Positions 41,255-49,812 of a stretch of DNA of 64,000 bases are shown in pieces. The position numbers were made by a program, and so were the translations under genes. Each line of letters starts with the position of its first letter. The first letter of the stretch is position 1. This DNA is from Gammaproteobacteria bacterium (GTDB lineage Bacteria; Pseudomonadota; Gammaproteobacteria; SZUA-140), in contig JBHHVB010000008.1 of NCBI GenBank assembly GCA_046754065.1, positions 2,497 through 66,496 on the forward strand. The letters run 5' to 3'. The notes beneath the pieces were generated by a model that had not been told where the DNA came from, made no database searches, and saw only the letters and a program-made list of their open reading frames with translations.

Positions 41255-41755
41255 CTAGCTTAATATCAACGAAAGTGGTTCGGGTCCCTGCAGCTTAATA
41301 TGTTGCTCGTCACCCAGTTCCATATGCTGGCCTGTGCAGTCTGCCTGAATTGGCAGCTCCCTGCCGCTACGTTCTACCAGAACGACGAGGCTAACCGATG
41401 CCGGTCGGCCATAATCGAAAATCTCATTGAGAGCGGCGCGAATGGTACGACCCGTGTACAGGACGTCATCAACAAGAATGATATGTCTGTCATCAACGCT
41501 GGAAGGCAGCCTGGAAGGCTTAACCTGGGGATTCATACCAATGCGTGTGAAGTCGTCTCGATAGAATGAGATATCCAGAGATCCTAGCGGTTCCTGTAAT
41601 GAAAGTGCCTGATGAAGCCTGCCAGCAATCCACGCCCCACCGGTATGTATGCCAATCATGAGTGGATCAGAAATCTGGTTGTTTGCGATCAACGATTCTA
41701 TTTGTGGCGGCAATTTTTCTATCAGCGGACTAGCGTCAATCGTTTTTATATTCAT
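41255..41755 (-). CDS. pyrR: PyrR regulator / uracil phosphoribosyltransferase
   Basis: LDISFYRDD, LVDDVLYTGRTIRAAL, RELPI. Confidence 0.95.
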   Translation of the reverse strand: MNIKTIDASPLIEKLPPQIESLIANNQISDPLMIGIHTGGAWIAGRLHQALSLQEPLGSLDISFYRDDFTRIGMNPQVKPSRLPSSVDDRHIILVDDVLYTGRTIRAALNEIFDYGRPASVSLVVLVERSGRELPIQADCTGQHMELGDEQHIKLQGPEPLSLILS

Positions 41756-41759
41756 GTAA

Positions 41760-42191
41760 TTAATCCAGTTTTTCCTGGTGTTGCTGCTCACTGAAAAATG
41801 TCTGCAGGATCAGTTGGGCAGCAATATGATCAATAATTTTATTGCGTTTTTTTTTATTGTCCAGCATCCCGGCTGCCTCAGCAGACGATAACCGTTCGTC
41901 TGCAAAATATACAGGTAAATGGTATCTGCCCTGTAGACTGGCGGCGAAGCGATCAGCAGCGTGAGTCATTTCCTGCTGCTCACCACTCATATCAAGCGGT
42001 TTGCCAACAACCAGTGCATCAGGACGCCATTCATCAACAATCTTGCTGATGCCTTGCCAGTCGGGCTGGTTTTTTACATATCGGAGAGTAACAAGCGCCT
42101 GCGCAGTGCTAGTCAGTTCCTGCCCAACTGCGATGCCTATTTTTTTTGTGCCGTAATCAAAAGCGAGAAAAGTACGCTCTCCGCGCCTCAT
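41760..42191 (-). CDS. yqgF: YqgF/RuvX nuclease
   Basis: AFDYGTKKIGIAVG, DERLSS, D..AA.LIL. Confidence 0.93.
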   Translation of the reverse strand: MRRGERTFLAFDYGTKKIGIAVGQELTSTAQALVTLRYVKNQPDWQGISKIVDEWRPDALVVGKPLDMSGEQQEMTHAADRFAASLQGRYHLPVYFADERLSSAEAAGMLDNKKKRNKIIDHIAAQLILQTFFSEQQHQEKLD

Positions 42192-42748
42192 GCATGTCCT
42201 ACATCGGCAGACAGGCGGGTCAAATCAACGCCGGTAAGAGCGGCTGCGGCATGCCACCGTTGTTCATAAGGTGTATCAAAAATGATACTGGTGTCAGCAG
42301 GTGTGCTTATCCATGTATTGTCCGAGATCTCTTTCTCTAGTTGGCCTGCACCCCATCCGGCATAGCCCAACGCAATCAGACTTTTTTCTGGTCCGCGTCC
42401 GGTTGCGATTGCCTCAAGAATATCCCGAGAAGAGGTGACACCGATATCATCGGTTACACGCAAGATCGATTCCCAAACTCCATGGGGTCGATGAATAACA
42501 AAACCGCGTTCATTTTGTACGGGGCCACCGAGGTAAATAGGCGATTCATTGATGTCAGGGTCCTCACTATCAATATCCATTTGTTCAAAGACCTCGCCCA
42601 GTTCGATATCCAGCGGTCGATTAATAACAATTCCCATAGCGCCTTCATGGTTGTGTTCACAAATGTAGGTTACGCTGTGGAAAAAATTAGGGTCTTCCAG
42701 TGATGGCATTGCGATCAGGAATTGATTCGTTAACGATATATCATTCAT
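42188..42748 (-). CDS. algH: YqgE/AlgH family protein
   Basis: FLIAMP, GGPV, GYAGWGAGQLE.E, GHA end. Confidence 0.93.
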   Translation of the reverse strand: MNDISLTNQFLIAMPSLEDPNFFHSVTYICEHNHEGAMGIVINRPLDIELGEVFEQMDIDSEDPDINESPIYLGGPVQNERGFVIHRPHGVWESILRVTDDIGVTSSRDILEAIATGRGPEKSLIALGYAGWGAGQLEKEISDNTWISTPADTSIIFDTPYEQRWHAAAALTGVDLTRLSADVGHA

Positions 42749-42850
42749 GGCGGCAAGTATCTCATATCAGGGTGGTGTGAAAAAGGAATTAAGCTCACAC
42801 TTAATAGAATTTTGATTAAATTCAATAAAAGTCGTTAAATGTGCGATTTG

Positions 42851-43735
42851 TTAATGGGTATGCAGCCTGTTATTACTTTGAAACTGCCAGGTTCTAAGGA
42901 TCTTGAGAATGTCGGTGTCTTTTTTGATTTCATCAGTTAATGGCGCAAACGGAGCCGCGAGATTAACGATTCGTTTTGCCGCATCATCGAGAATCTGGTG
43001 TCCGGAAGAACGGAGTAAATTAATTTTATGCACGGAGCCATCCTGCCTGATCTGAACCTCAAGCATTAATGTTCCAGACAGGTTTTGTCTTTTTGCGGCC
43101 TCCGGATAATTCAGATTTCCAATTTTCTCTATTTTTCGACGCCAGCTATCGAGATAAAAGGCATAATCAGATTCTTTCGAATTTGCGCCAACCACTGTGG
43201 ATCTTGGGCGCTTAGAGTAGGCCTGCATTTGTTGTTCGATTTCCCCCCTCAGGCTATTGATCTCTTCAAGACTTCGGGTCAACATTTCAGTAGTTGTAAG
43301 CGTGGTTTCTGGTGTAGCAACTTTTTGTTTTTCGACTTGAATCTTTTCAGGCGCAGCCTGTTTTGTAATGACCATAGCCGCTTTGGGCGGGTTACTGGAC
43401 GGAGGGGATGTTTCCGGTGTCTTGAGCATATTTCTTCCAGCTCCTGTCGAGGGGGCAGGCGTGGATGCAGGTGACGTAGGGTGTACCTGTTTTTGCGTTG
43501 TGCCACCACCTTCAAGATTTGCCTGAGCCAGATAGTCGGCATCTTCGGGACTTTTATCGTCCCGAGCATGAACCAGTGTAACCTCCAGCGTTGGCGGGGC
43601 ATTATCCTCGGGTTTGGTTTCGTCTTCAGGCGCAAACGTAATGTTGATAACTATTCCGTGAACGAACACGGCCATGATTAGTGTAAACAGAAACCGGTCA
43701 GATGAACTGGCTGGATTGTAGGTTGCGGTGGCCAA
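42851..43735 (-). CDS. TonB family protein (TonB3-like)
   Basis: P.DADYLAQAN..GGG, WRRKIE.IGNLNYP, SSG..ILDDAA, RTWQF. Confidence 0.88.
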   Translation of the reverse strand: MATATYNPASSSDRFLFTLIMAVFVHGIVINITFAPEDETKPEDNAPPTLEVTLVHARDDKSPEDADYLAQANLEGGGTTQKQVHPTSPASTPAPSTGAGRNMLKTPETSPPSSNPPKAAMVITKQAAPEKIQVEKQKVATPETTLTTTEMLTRSLEEINSLRGEIEQQMQAYSKRPRSTVVGANSKESDYAFYLDSWRRKIEKIGNLNYPEAAKRQNLSGTLMLEVQIRQDGSVHKINLLRSSGHQILDDAAKRIVNLAAPFAPLTDEIKKDTDILKILRTWQFQSNNRLHTH

Positions 43736-43741
43736 AACTTG

Positions 43742-44272
43742 TCAGTCCCTTATTTTGGACAACATCATAGTGGTAATTATACCACTGACAGTTCCGAAAA
43801 TAACTGCGGCTGTCATCAGTACCGGCAGCAGTGAAAACAGTGCCGGGTGGGGAATAAACAGCAGATACGCGATGTAGAACTGGCCTGCCATATGAGCCAT
43901 CGCAGCGAGCAGGCTATATCCAAATGGACCAAATACCCGGCCAGGGAAAAGGCTTGTCACGCCTAATACACAAAGACTGGCAATCGCGCCACTCAGGCTC
44001 AGGATAAAAGTCGGGGACAGAAAAGTGCCAATGATAAGGCTGCCAACAATAACCCGCATTAAGGAAACCCATACAGCACTCCGCCACCCGTAAGTACATA
44101 ACACGGCAATAGTAATGACATTGGCCAGTCCCGGTTTAATGCCAGGAACCGGTGATGGCAGCGCGCTTTCAATAACGTGGATTGAAATTGCGAGTGCCGC
44201 CAGCCACGCAATCACATGATCCTCTCGCGTGGTTTTTACCAGGATTGTCGATTGTTGCGGGCTGTCCGTCAC
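43742..44272 (-). CDS. Gx transporter family membrane protein
   Basis: IH.IES.LP.P.PGIKPGLAN, H..GQ. Confidence 0.85.
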   Translation of the reverse strand: MTDSPQQSTILVKTTREDHVIAWLAALAISIHVIESALPSPVPGIKPGLANVITIAVLCTYGWRSAVWVSLMRVIVGSLIIGTFLSPTFILSLSGAIASLCVLGVTSLFPGRVFGPFGYSLLAAMAHMAGQFYIAYLLFIPHPALFSLLPVLMTAAVIFGTVSGIITTMMLSKIRD

Positions 44273-44295
44273 GGTGAAAGTTTGATTTACTGTGC

Positions 44296-44658
44296 TCAGA
44301 AATTAATCGTATCGAAGCGTTGCTCCTTGCCAAGTACAGCAACGGTAATGCGGTTCGGGAAGCAGACAGCAACATCACCGCCATGATCCAGCCAGCCGCT
44401 GTGAATACACTGTTTATTGGTACAGGGAGAATCACTGAAGCGTATTTTTCCATCATGAATCTCGATGGTGCTGGTACCGAGATTACCTTCAATCTGGAGT
44501 GTTTGGTCGTATGACAGCGAGGTAATAAGTTTTTCTTTCCCGCCGACGATGATGCGGGCTGCGTCACCCTGTGTACTGTTTTGCCAATATTGAATATATA
44601 GCGCTGGAAGGAGCACTAAAGCAAAAATGAAAACAGCGATGTCAGCTTTTGTCATCAT
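44296..44658 (-). CDS. NusG domain II-containing exported protein
   Basis: N-terminal TM; SPC..K.C...GW.....VC.PN. Confidence 0.85.
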   Translation of the reverse strand: MMTKADIAVFIFALVLLPALYIQYWQNSTQGDAARIIVGGKEKLITSLSYDQTLQIEGNLGTSTIEIHDGKIRFSDSPCTNKQCIHSGWLDHGGDVAVCFPNRITVAVLGKEQRFDTINF

Positions 44659-45725
44659 GATTCAACAGGTGTAATGATAATTTCCTTTTCAATATTTTGT
44701 TCAAAATGGATGCGCTCAGCCATCTCGGGCGTCATGTGAATATTCATATGCTCATCAATCAGCATCACCCGGGATATATGCATTTGCCTGGCGATTTTTT
44801 GCCACTGGTCAGGGCCAGCGACAAAAAGTGCTGTAGCGGCCGCATCTGCAGTGGCGCCATCACTATGAATAACGGTTACAGAGCGTGTGCCTTTAGCCGG
44901 AAAACCGGTTCTGGGATCGATAATATGGTGAAAACGCTCCCCCTGATAGTCATAATATCGCTCATAATTGCCTGATGTAAAAACACTTTCATCACCGTTA
45001 GTGGTGATCGATGCAATGACGCCCTGTCCATCCGGGTGTCTGATGCCGATTCGCCATGGTCTGTTGCCATGTGTACCGATAGCGCGTAAATCGCCGCCAG
45101 CATTGATGATCGCATTGTTGATGCCATGATTCTTTAAAATTGATATCGCCTGGTCGACTGCATAACCCTTGGCAAAGCCGCCAAGGTCTAACTCAATCTC
45201 GGAATTGCTGCTACTGAGCGAGAGGGCGTCAAAATGCAATTGCTGCATGTTGGGGGCCTCGGCGACCAGTTTGCGAATTTCCCGAACAGCAGGTGGAGGA
45301 GGGGCTGGAGGATCATCACTGTGAAATCCCCATAGGGTTATCAACTTGCCTATGGCCGGGTTAAAAAGATGATCGCTGGCGATAGCGAGGTCTCTGGCTA
45401 GCACCAGGTGTTCGTATTCAACGGTCGTCAGATTAACGGTTTCTCCATTAGCCAAATGCTTATTTATCTCAACCAGTCGTCCGGGGTTCCAGGCGTGCCA
45501 TTTTTGATGAACTGCGTTCAGTCTGTTTTCGATTTCATGGATAACCGTGTCAGCCTTGTCCTTTTTGATATTCCATATCGAAATATCGATCAACGTACCT
45601 AGGCTAACCAGTTGTGCGTGGTAGGTCTTGTCCTTTTCCCCGCATGCAGTCAGGGCCTGCAAGGCAAAGATTAACAGCAGAAATCGGACTAAATAATGAT
45701 GAGGAAAATAACGTGGCGAAGTCAT
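44655..45725 (-). CDS. apbE: FAD:protein FMN transferase (lipoprotein)
   Basis: LTAC lipobox, DLGGFAKGY, NAGGD, TSGNYER, HIIDPRTG, ADAAATA. Confidence 0.93.
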   Translation of the reverse strand: MTSPRYFPHHYLVRFLLLIFALQALTACGEKDKTYHAQLVSLGTLIDISIWNIKKDKADTVIHEIENRLNAVHQKWHAWNPGRLVEINKHLANGETVNLTTVEYEHLVLARDLAIASDHLFNPAIGKLITLWGFHSDDPPAPPPPAVREIRKLVAEAPNMQQLHFDALSLSSSNSEIELDLGGFAKGYAVDQAISILKNHGINNAIINAGGDLRAIGTHGNRPWRIGIRHPDGQGVIASITTNGDESVFTSGNYERYYDYQGERFHHIIDPRTGFPAKGTRSVTVIHSDGATADAAATALFVAGPDQWQKIARQMHISRVMLIDEHMNIHMTPEMAERIHFEQNIEKEIIITPVES

Positions 45726-46669
45726 TGTAACCTGGAGGCGATTTTATCCATTAATATAGCACTAATATTTAGCGAATAAATGTTATCCAGTTCACGAATA
45801 CAGGTTGGGCTGGTTACATTAATTTCTGTCAGATAGTCACCTATAACATCAATACCTACGAACATCAGTCCCTTTTCCTTTAGCACATCCTTGATCTGGG
45901 CGCATATCCAGTGGTCGCGTTCAGTTAGCGGTACCCCAACACCTTTCCCTCCCATCGCAAGATTGGCCCTGGTTTCGCCTGCGGGAGGTATACGGGCTAG
46001 GGCGTAAGGCACGGGCTCTCCATCAATTAGCAGAATGCGCTTGTCACCTTTGGTGATTTCAGGAATATATCGTTGTACCATGACAGGTTGCTGAAACTGG
46101 TCTGTCATGGTTTCGATGATTACGTTTATGTTAGGGTCACCGGTTTTTACCCGAAACACCGAAGCGCCCCCCATCGCAGACAGGGGTTTTAGAATGATAT
46201 CCTGGTGTCGATCGAGGAACGATTTGATCAGATCTGATCTCGAGGTAACCAGTGTTGGTGGTGTGCATTGGGGTGACCAGGCAGTGTACAGCTTTTCATT
46301 GGCATCGCGGAGCGATTGAGGCTTGTTGACAATAAGCAAGCCGTCAGCCTCTGCCTGTTCCAGAATATAGGTCGAGTATATGTAGTTCATATCAAAAGGC
46401 GGGTCCTTTCGCATCAACAATACATCCAGCGAACCCAGCGGTCGTGCCTCGGCGCCACCCAGTGTATACCACCGTTGCAAATCGTCGTAGACAGTGATGT
46501 CCTGCATCAGGGCGTAGCTTTGGCCATTTATCAGGTAGAGATCCTGTTGTTCTATGTAGGACAGTTGCCAATCCCGTGATTGCGCCTCCAGCATCATCGC
46601 GAGTGTGCTGTCCTTTTTCGGATTAATGAGCCCAATCGGATCCATAACAATGCCCATTTTGATACTCAT
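45722..46669 (-). CDS. gshB: Glutathione synthetase
   Basis: VMDP..KKDST, MRKDPPF, NEKL, GDKR, EINVTSPT. Confidence 0.97.
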   Translation of the reverse strand: MSIKMGIVMDPIGLINPKKDSTLAMMLEAQSRDWQLSYIEQQDLYLINGQSYALMQDITVYDDLQRWYTLGGAEARPLGSLDVLLMRKDPPFDMNYIYSTYILEQAEADGLLIVNKPQSLRDANEKLYTAWSPQCTPPTLVTSRSDLIKSFLDRHQDIILKPLSAMGGASVFRVKTGDPNINVIIETMTDQFQQPVMVQRYIPEITKGDKRILLIDGEPVPYALARIPPAGETRANLAMGGKGVGVPLTERDHWICAQIKDVLKEKGLMFVGIDVIGDYLTEINVTSPTCIRELDNIYSLNISAILMDKIASRLQ

Positions 46670-46691
46670 AATTCAGGGAATGATATATACG

Positions 46692-47984
46692 TTAGTGTTC
46701 AGCTATTTCCCTGGCCGCAGCCAGTAGTGCTAGTCTGGCCATCACACCATAGGCGTAAAACCTGTTTGGATTCGCATCAGGGGCCATGTTGTGTTCTGGC
46801 GCGACACAGGGTTCAGCAAATGCGAGTGGTTCGAAGTGCATTCCAGGTGCATTGAGATTTTCATTAACACCCCGACGGGTGTGAACCCGATAAAACCCGC
46901 CTACAACAAAGTGATCTATCATATAAACGACGGGTTCCGCCACGGAGGATGCATCTCCCCATGTTTCGAAGGTATAGATGCCCTCCTGGAGAATGACCTG
47001 CGTAACCTCCATGCCGCTTTTGGACGCGGACATTCGGGTGCGTTGTTTACGATTGAGCCTTTGGACCTGTTCGGTATTGGTGACAGTCATGATACCCATA
47101 CCGTAGGTTCCAGCATCCGCCTTGATTACGACAAATGGTTCTTTATCAATTTGATACTCATCGTATTTTTTTTGGATCGCTGTAAGCAACGTGCTGACAT
47201 TCTGCTCCAGGCAGGCTTCCCCTTCACGCTTCATAAAGTTGATTTCGCCACACTTCAAAAATAGCGGATCGATAAGCCAGGGATCGATATCGATCATGGT
47301 TGAAAATTCTTCGGCAACTTTTCGATAGTGCGTGAAGTGGTCTGATTTAAGACGATTTGACCAGCCTAACGCCAACGGTGGGAAAACGGGTTGCTCGATA
47401 CCCACGAGCATTTCTGGTTTCCCGGAAGACAAGTCATTATTGAGAAGAACCATGCAAGGTTCAAAATCCTCTAACAAAACCTTGTTATTCTTTCTTACGA
47501 GTGGCTCAAGTAACAGCGTTAGACCTGATTCGAGCTCGATCGATTGGGGTGATTGAATCTCGCTAGCTAGCGACCCAATTCGCAGGTCGTAGCCTGCCTT
47601 GATAAAAATTTCCTGGAGTGAGGCCAGGCTTTCCAGGTAAAACGTATTTCTTGTGTGGTTTTCCGGAATCAGAATGATCTTGTTAGCCGTTGGACAAATT
47701 CGTTCAACTGCGGATTGTAATGCGTGAACAGCGAGCGTTGTAAACGCCGGACTAAGGTTGTTAAAACCAGCAGGGAAAAGATTGGTATCGACGGGTGCCA
47801 GTTTAAACCCTGCATTTCGAAGGTCTACAGATGCGTAAAAGGGCGCAGCGGTTCGCTGCCACTGGCTGCGAAACCATGATTCGATCGAGGACTGGTTTGC
47901 CAGAAGATGCTTTTCTATGATCTGTAACGGGCCATCCAGTACTGTGGTCAGATGTGGTACAGGCTGAAGATGTTCTATAGTCAT
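46692..47984 (-). CDS. gshA: Glutamate--cysteine ligase (betaproteobacterial/Acidithiobacillus type)
   Basis: PFYASVDLRNAGFKLAPVDTNLFPAGFNNL, KADAGTYGMG, ENLNAPG; adjacent to gshB. Confidence 0.92.
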   Translation of the reverse strand: MTIEHLQPVPHLTTVLDGPLQIIEKHLLANQSSIESWFRSQWQRTAAPFYASVDLRNAGFKLAPVDTNLFPAGFNNLSPAFTTLAVHALQSAVERICPTANKIILIPENHTRNTFYLESLASLQEIFIKAGYDLRIGSLASEIQSPQSIELESGLTLLLEPLVRKNNKVLLEDFEPCMVLLNNDLSSGKPEMLVGIEQPVFPPLALGWSNRLKSDHFTHYRKVAEEFSTMIDIDPWLIDPLFLKCGEINFMKREGEACLEQNVSTLLTAIQKKYDEYQIDKEPFVVIKADAGTYGMGIMTVTNTEQVQRLNRKQRTRMSASKSGMEVTQVILQEGIYTFETWGDASSVAEPVVYMIDHFVVGGFYRVHTRRGVNENLNAPGMHFEPLAFAEPCVAPEHNMAPDANPNRFYAYGVMARLALLAAAREIAEH

Positions 47985-48552
47985 GGATAAGAGCTGTATA
48001 TCGGTAAGATTTAATCAAATGTATATTAGGGGAAAAAACTGTATTAAGAAACCTTGGAAATGTTTGTTATCACATGATTTATGACCGAATTGCCAATTTT
48101 CAATACCTTATCTACATGAAAAAATTGAAAAAATATCTTGTTGTGGATTTATGTTTACCTATGCACCAATTCGGGTTGTGCAGATTCGATCCAGCGATGG
48201 CCCACGGAATGCCCGTTTTTGGCAGGTCAAATCATTATGTCTAGTGTAAAAAATAATGGGAACGGGGGCATAAATCGCTGTATAATTCGATCCAGGGGAA
48301 CCCGGCTATATCTTCCGAGAATGTTCAGGCATTGACCTGAACGAAATGTTATAAAAATGATCATAACTAAGTGATGCCGGCTCAGAAATATGATTGATTC
48401 ATCGATGCGCATGGGTTGCCGCTTGTCCATCATCATGCTTGAAATTAGCCGGGATGGCGATGAAAGGCATAAAGTCTGGAAAATGGGGCTAAATGATCCA
48501 TTTGTCTTTAACATGATTGATGAAGGGAAAATAACTGATGCCAGGTTGAATT

Positions 48553-49005
48553 GTGTTTTGGGACTCTAACTTAAACAGTAACAAGAATATCCGTGTTTTA
48601 GTCGTTGACGACAGTACGGCTATTCAGACGATTACCAGGTCCCTTTTGGTAAAAGAGGGCTTCGAGGTCTGTACTGCAAGTAATGGCTATGAAGCGTTGG
48701 CAAAAGTGGTGGATTTTCAACCCAGGGTAATCCTGCTGGATGACAGCATGCCTCGTCTGGATGGATATGAGACCTGTGCCGTTATCAAAAATCATGACCG
48801 GTATAACCGAATTTTCGTCGTCATGTTATTAAGTCAGGATGGTCTGATCGACAGGGCAAGAGGACACATGGCAGGCGTTGATCATTTTCTGACAAAACCT
48901 TTCACACGAGAGGAGCTACTTGGTGTTATCAGGCCTTTTCAACCCGATAGCAACGATGAATTTGAAGAAAAGTCTGGTTCAAAGGAAGTGCTGATTAAGA
49001 ATTGA
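48553..49005 (+). CDS. pilG: PilG-like response regulator
   Basis: VDDS, LLD.SMPRLDGY.TCA.IK, DGLIDRARG..AG...LTKPF; divergent from gsh genes as in Pseudomonas. Confidence 0.85.
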   Translation: MFWDSNLNSNKNIRVLVVDDSTAIQTITRSLLVKEGFEVCTASNGYEALAKVVDFQPRVILLDDSMPRLDGYETCAVIKNHDRYNRIFVVMLLSQDGLIDRARGHMAGVDHFLTKPFTREELLGVIRPFQPDSNDEFEEKSGSKEVLIKN

Positions 49006-49069
49006 AAAAAATTATGTGTTCGTAGCCGAAACGAACCACTATAAATAATCAAATTGAAGAGTCTTAACT

Positions 49070-49717
49070 ATGTTTGAATATAAAGCTAAGGCTATGGATG
49101 GTCAGCAGGTAGATATGGATATACCTACACATTCTGAAAATCAAGGGTACCAGAACTGGCATGATCACGGTTTTGATTCAGAACGTATCAGTATCGTCCC
49201 CCCGATTGTTGCTCCTGAGGAAAGTGACCGGATAGTTGTTGCAACGCGTGCTAAAAACAGTTTTGACCAATCGGACCGGGAATTAATGGCCGGTCTGCAA
49301 CTGTTAACCGGGGACTTGCGAATTTATTTCCCGCTTGATGTGATTAGCTCGGTTTGTGCCCGTCCTGCGATCAAGCCTATACCTTGTAGCCAACCCTGGG
49401 TTGCCGGACTCGCCAATATTGACGGGCAGCTAGTGACGGTTATAGACCTGTCACGATTCATCGGTCTTGAAGAACAAGTTGATAATCAATATGTTGTCCT
49501 GATCAAGCGCCCAGATAATCCGGTTGGTTTGCTGGTTAATGGTGTGCCTCGGATCAAGTGCCTGAATCCTGAGATGACTAGCAAAGATATTCCACGCTCT
49601 TTGTCGATAATCAGCGATTCCATCGATGGAATAATAAAAGAAAACAATATCTTGTCTGTTATAATCAGCGTAAGGAAGTTCCTGTCCAGTGATCGATTCG
49701 TTAATTTGTCTCGATGA
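49070..49717 (+). CDS. pilI: PilI/CheW-like adaptor (divergent)
   Basis: PIP.SQPWV.GLANIDGQL..VIDL..F; GLLV. Confidence 0.78.
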   Translation: MFEYKAKAMDGQQVDMDIPTHSENQGYQNWHDHGFDSERISIVPPIVAPEESDRIVVATRAKNSFDQSDRELMAGLQLLTGDLRIYFPLDVISSVCARPAIKPIPCSQPWVAGLANIDGQLVTVIDLSRFIGLEEQVDNQYVVLIKRPDNPVGLLVNGVPRIKCLNPEMTSKDIPRSLSIISDSIDGIIKENNILSVIISVRKFLSSDRFVNLSR

Positions 49718-49812
49718 CCTTTAAGTAACCGGGGGCTGCCAAATCGTCGCTTTTGCCACCATTTGAGAATTAAAACAATAATAGATATCTCTATCAGGTT
49801 GTAGGAATCATA

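Noticed and set aside
48138-48514. Short ORFs in the gshA-pilG intergenic region
   Set aside because: AT-rich divergent promoter region; no RBS or motif support.
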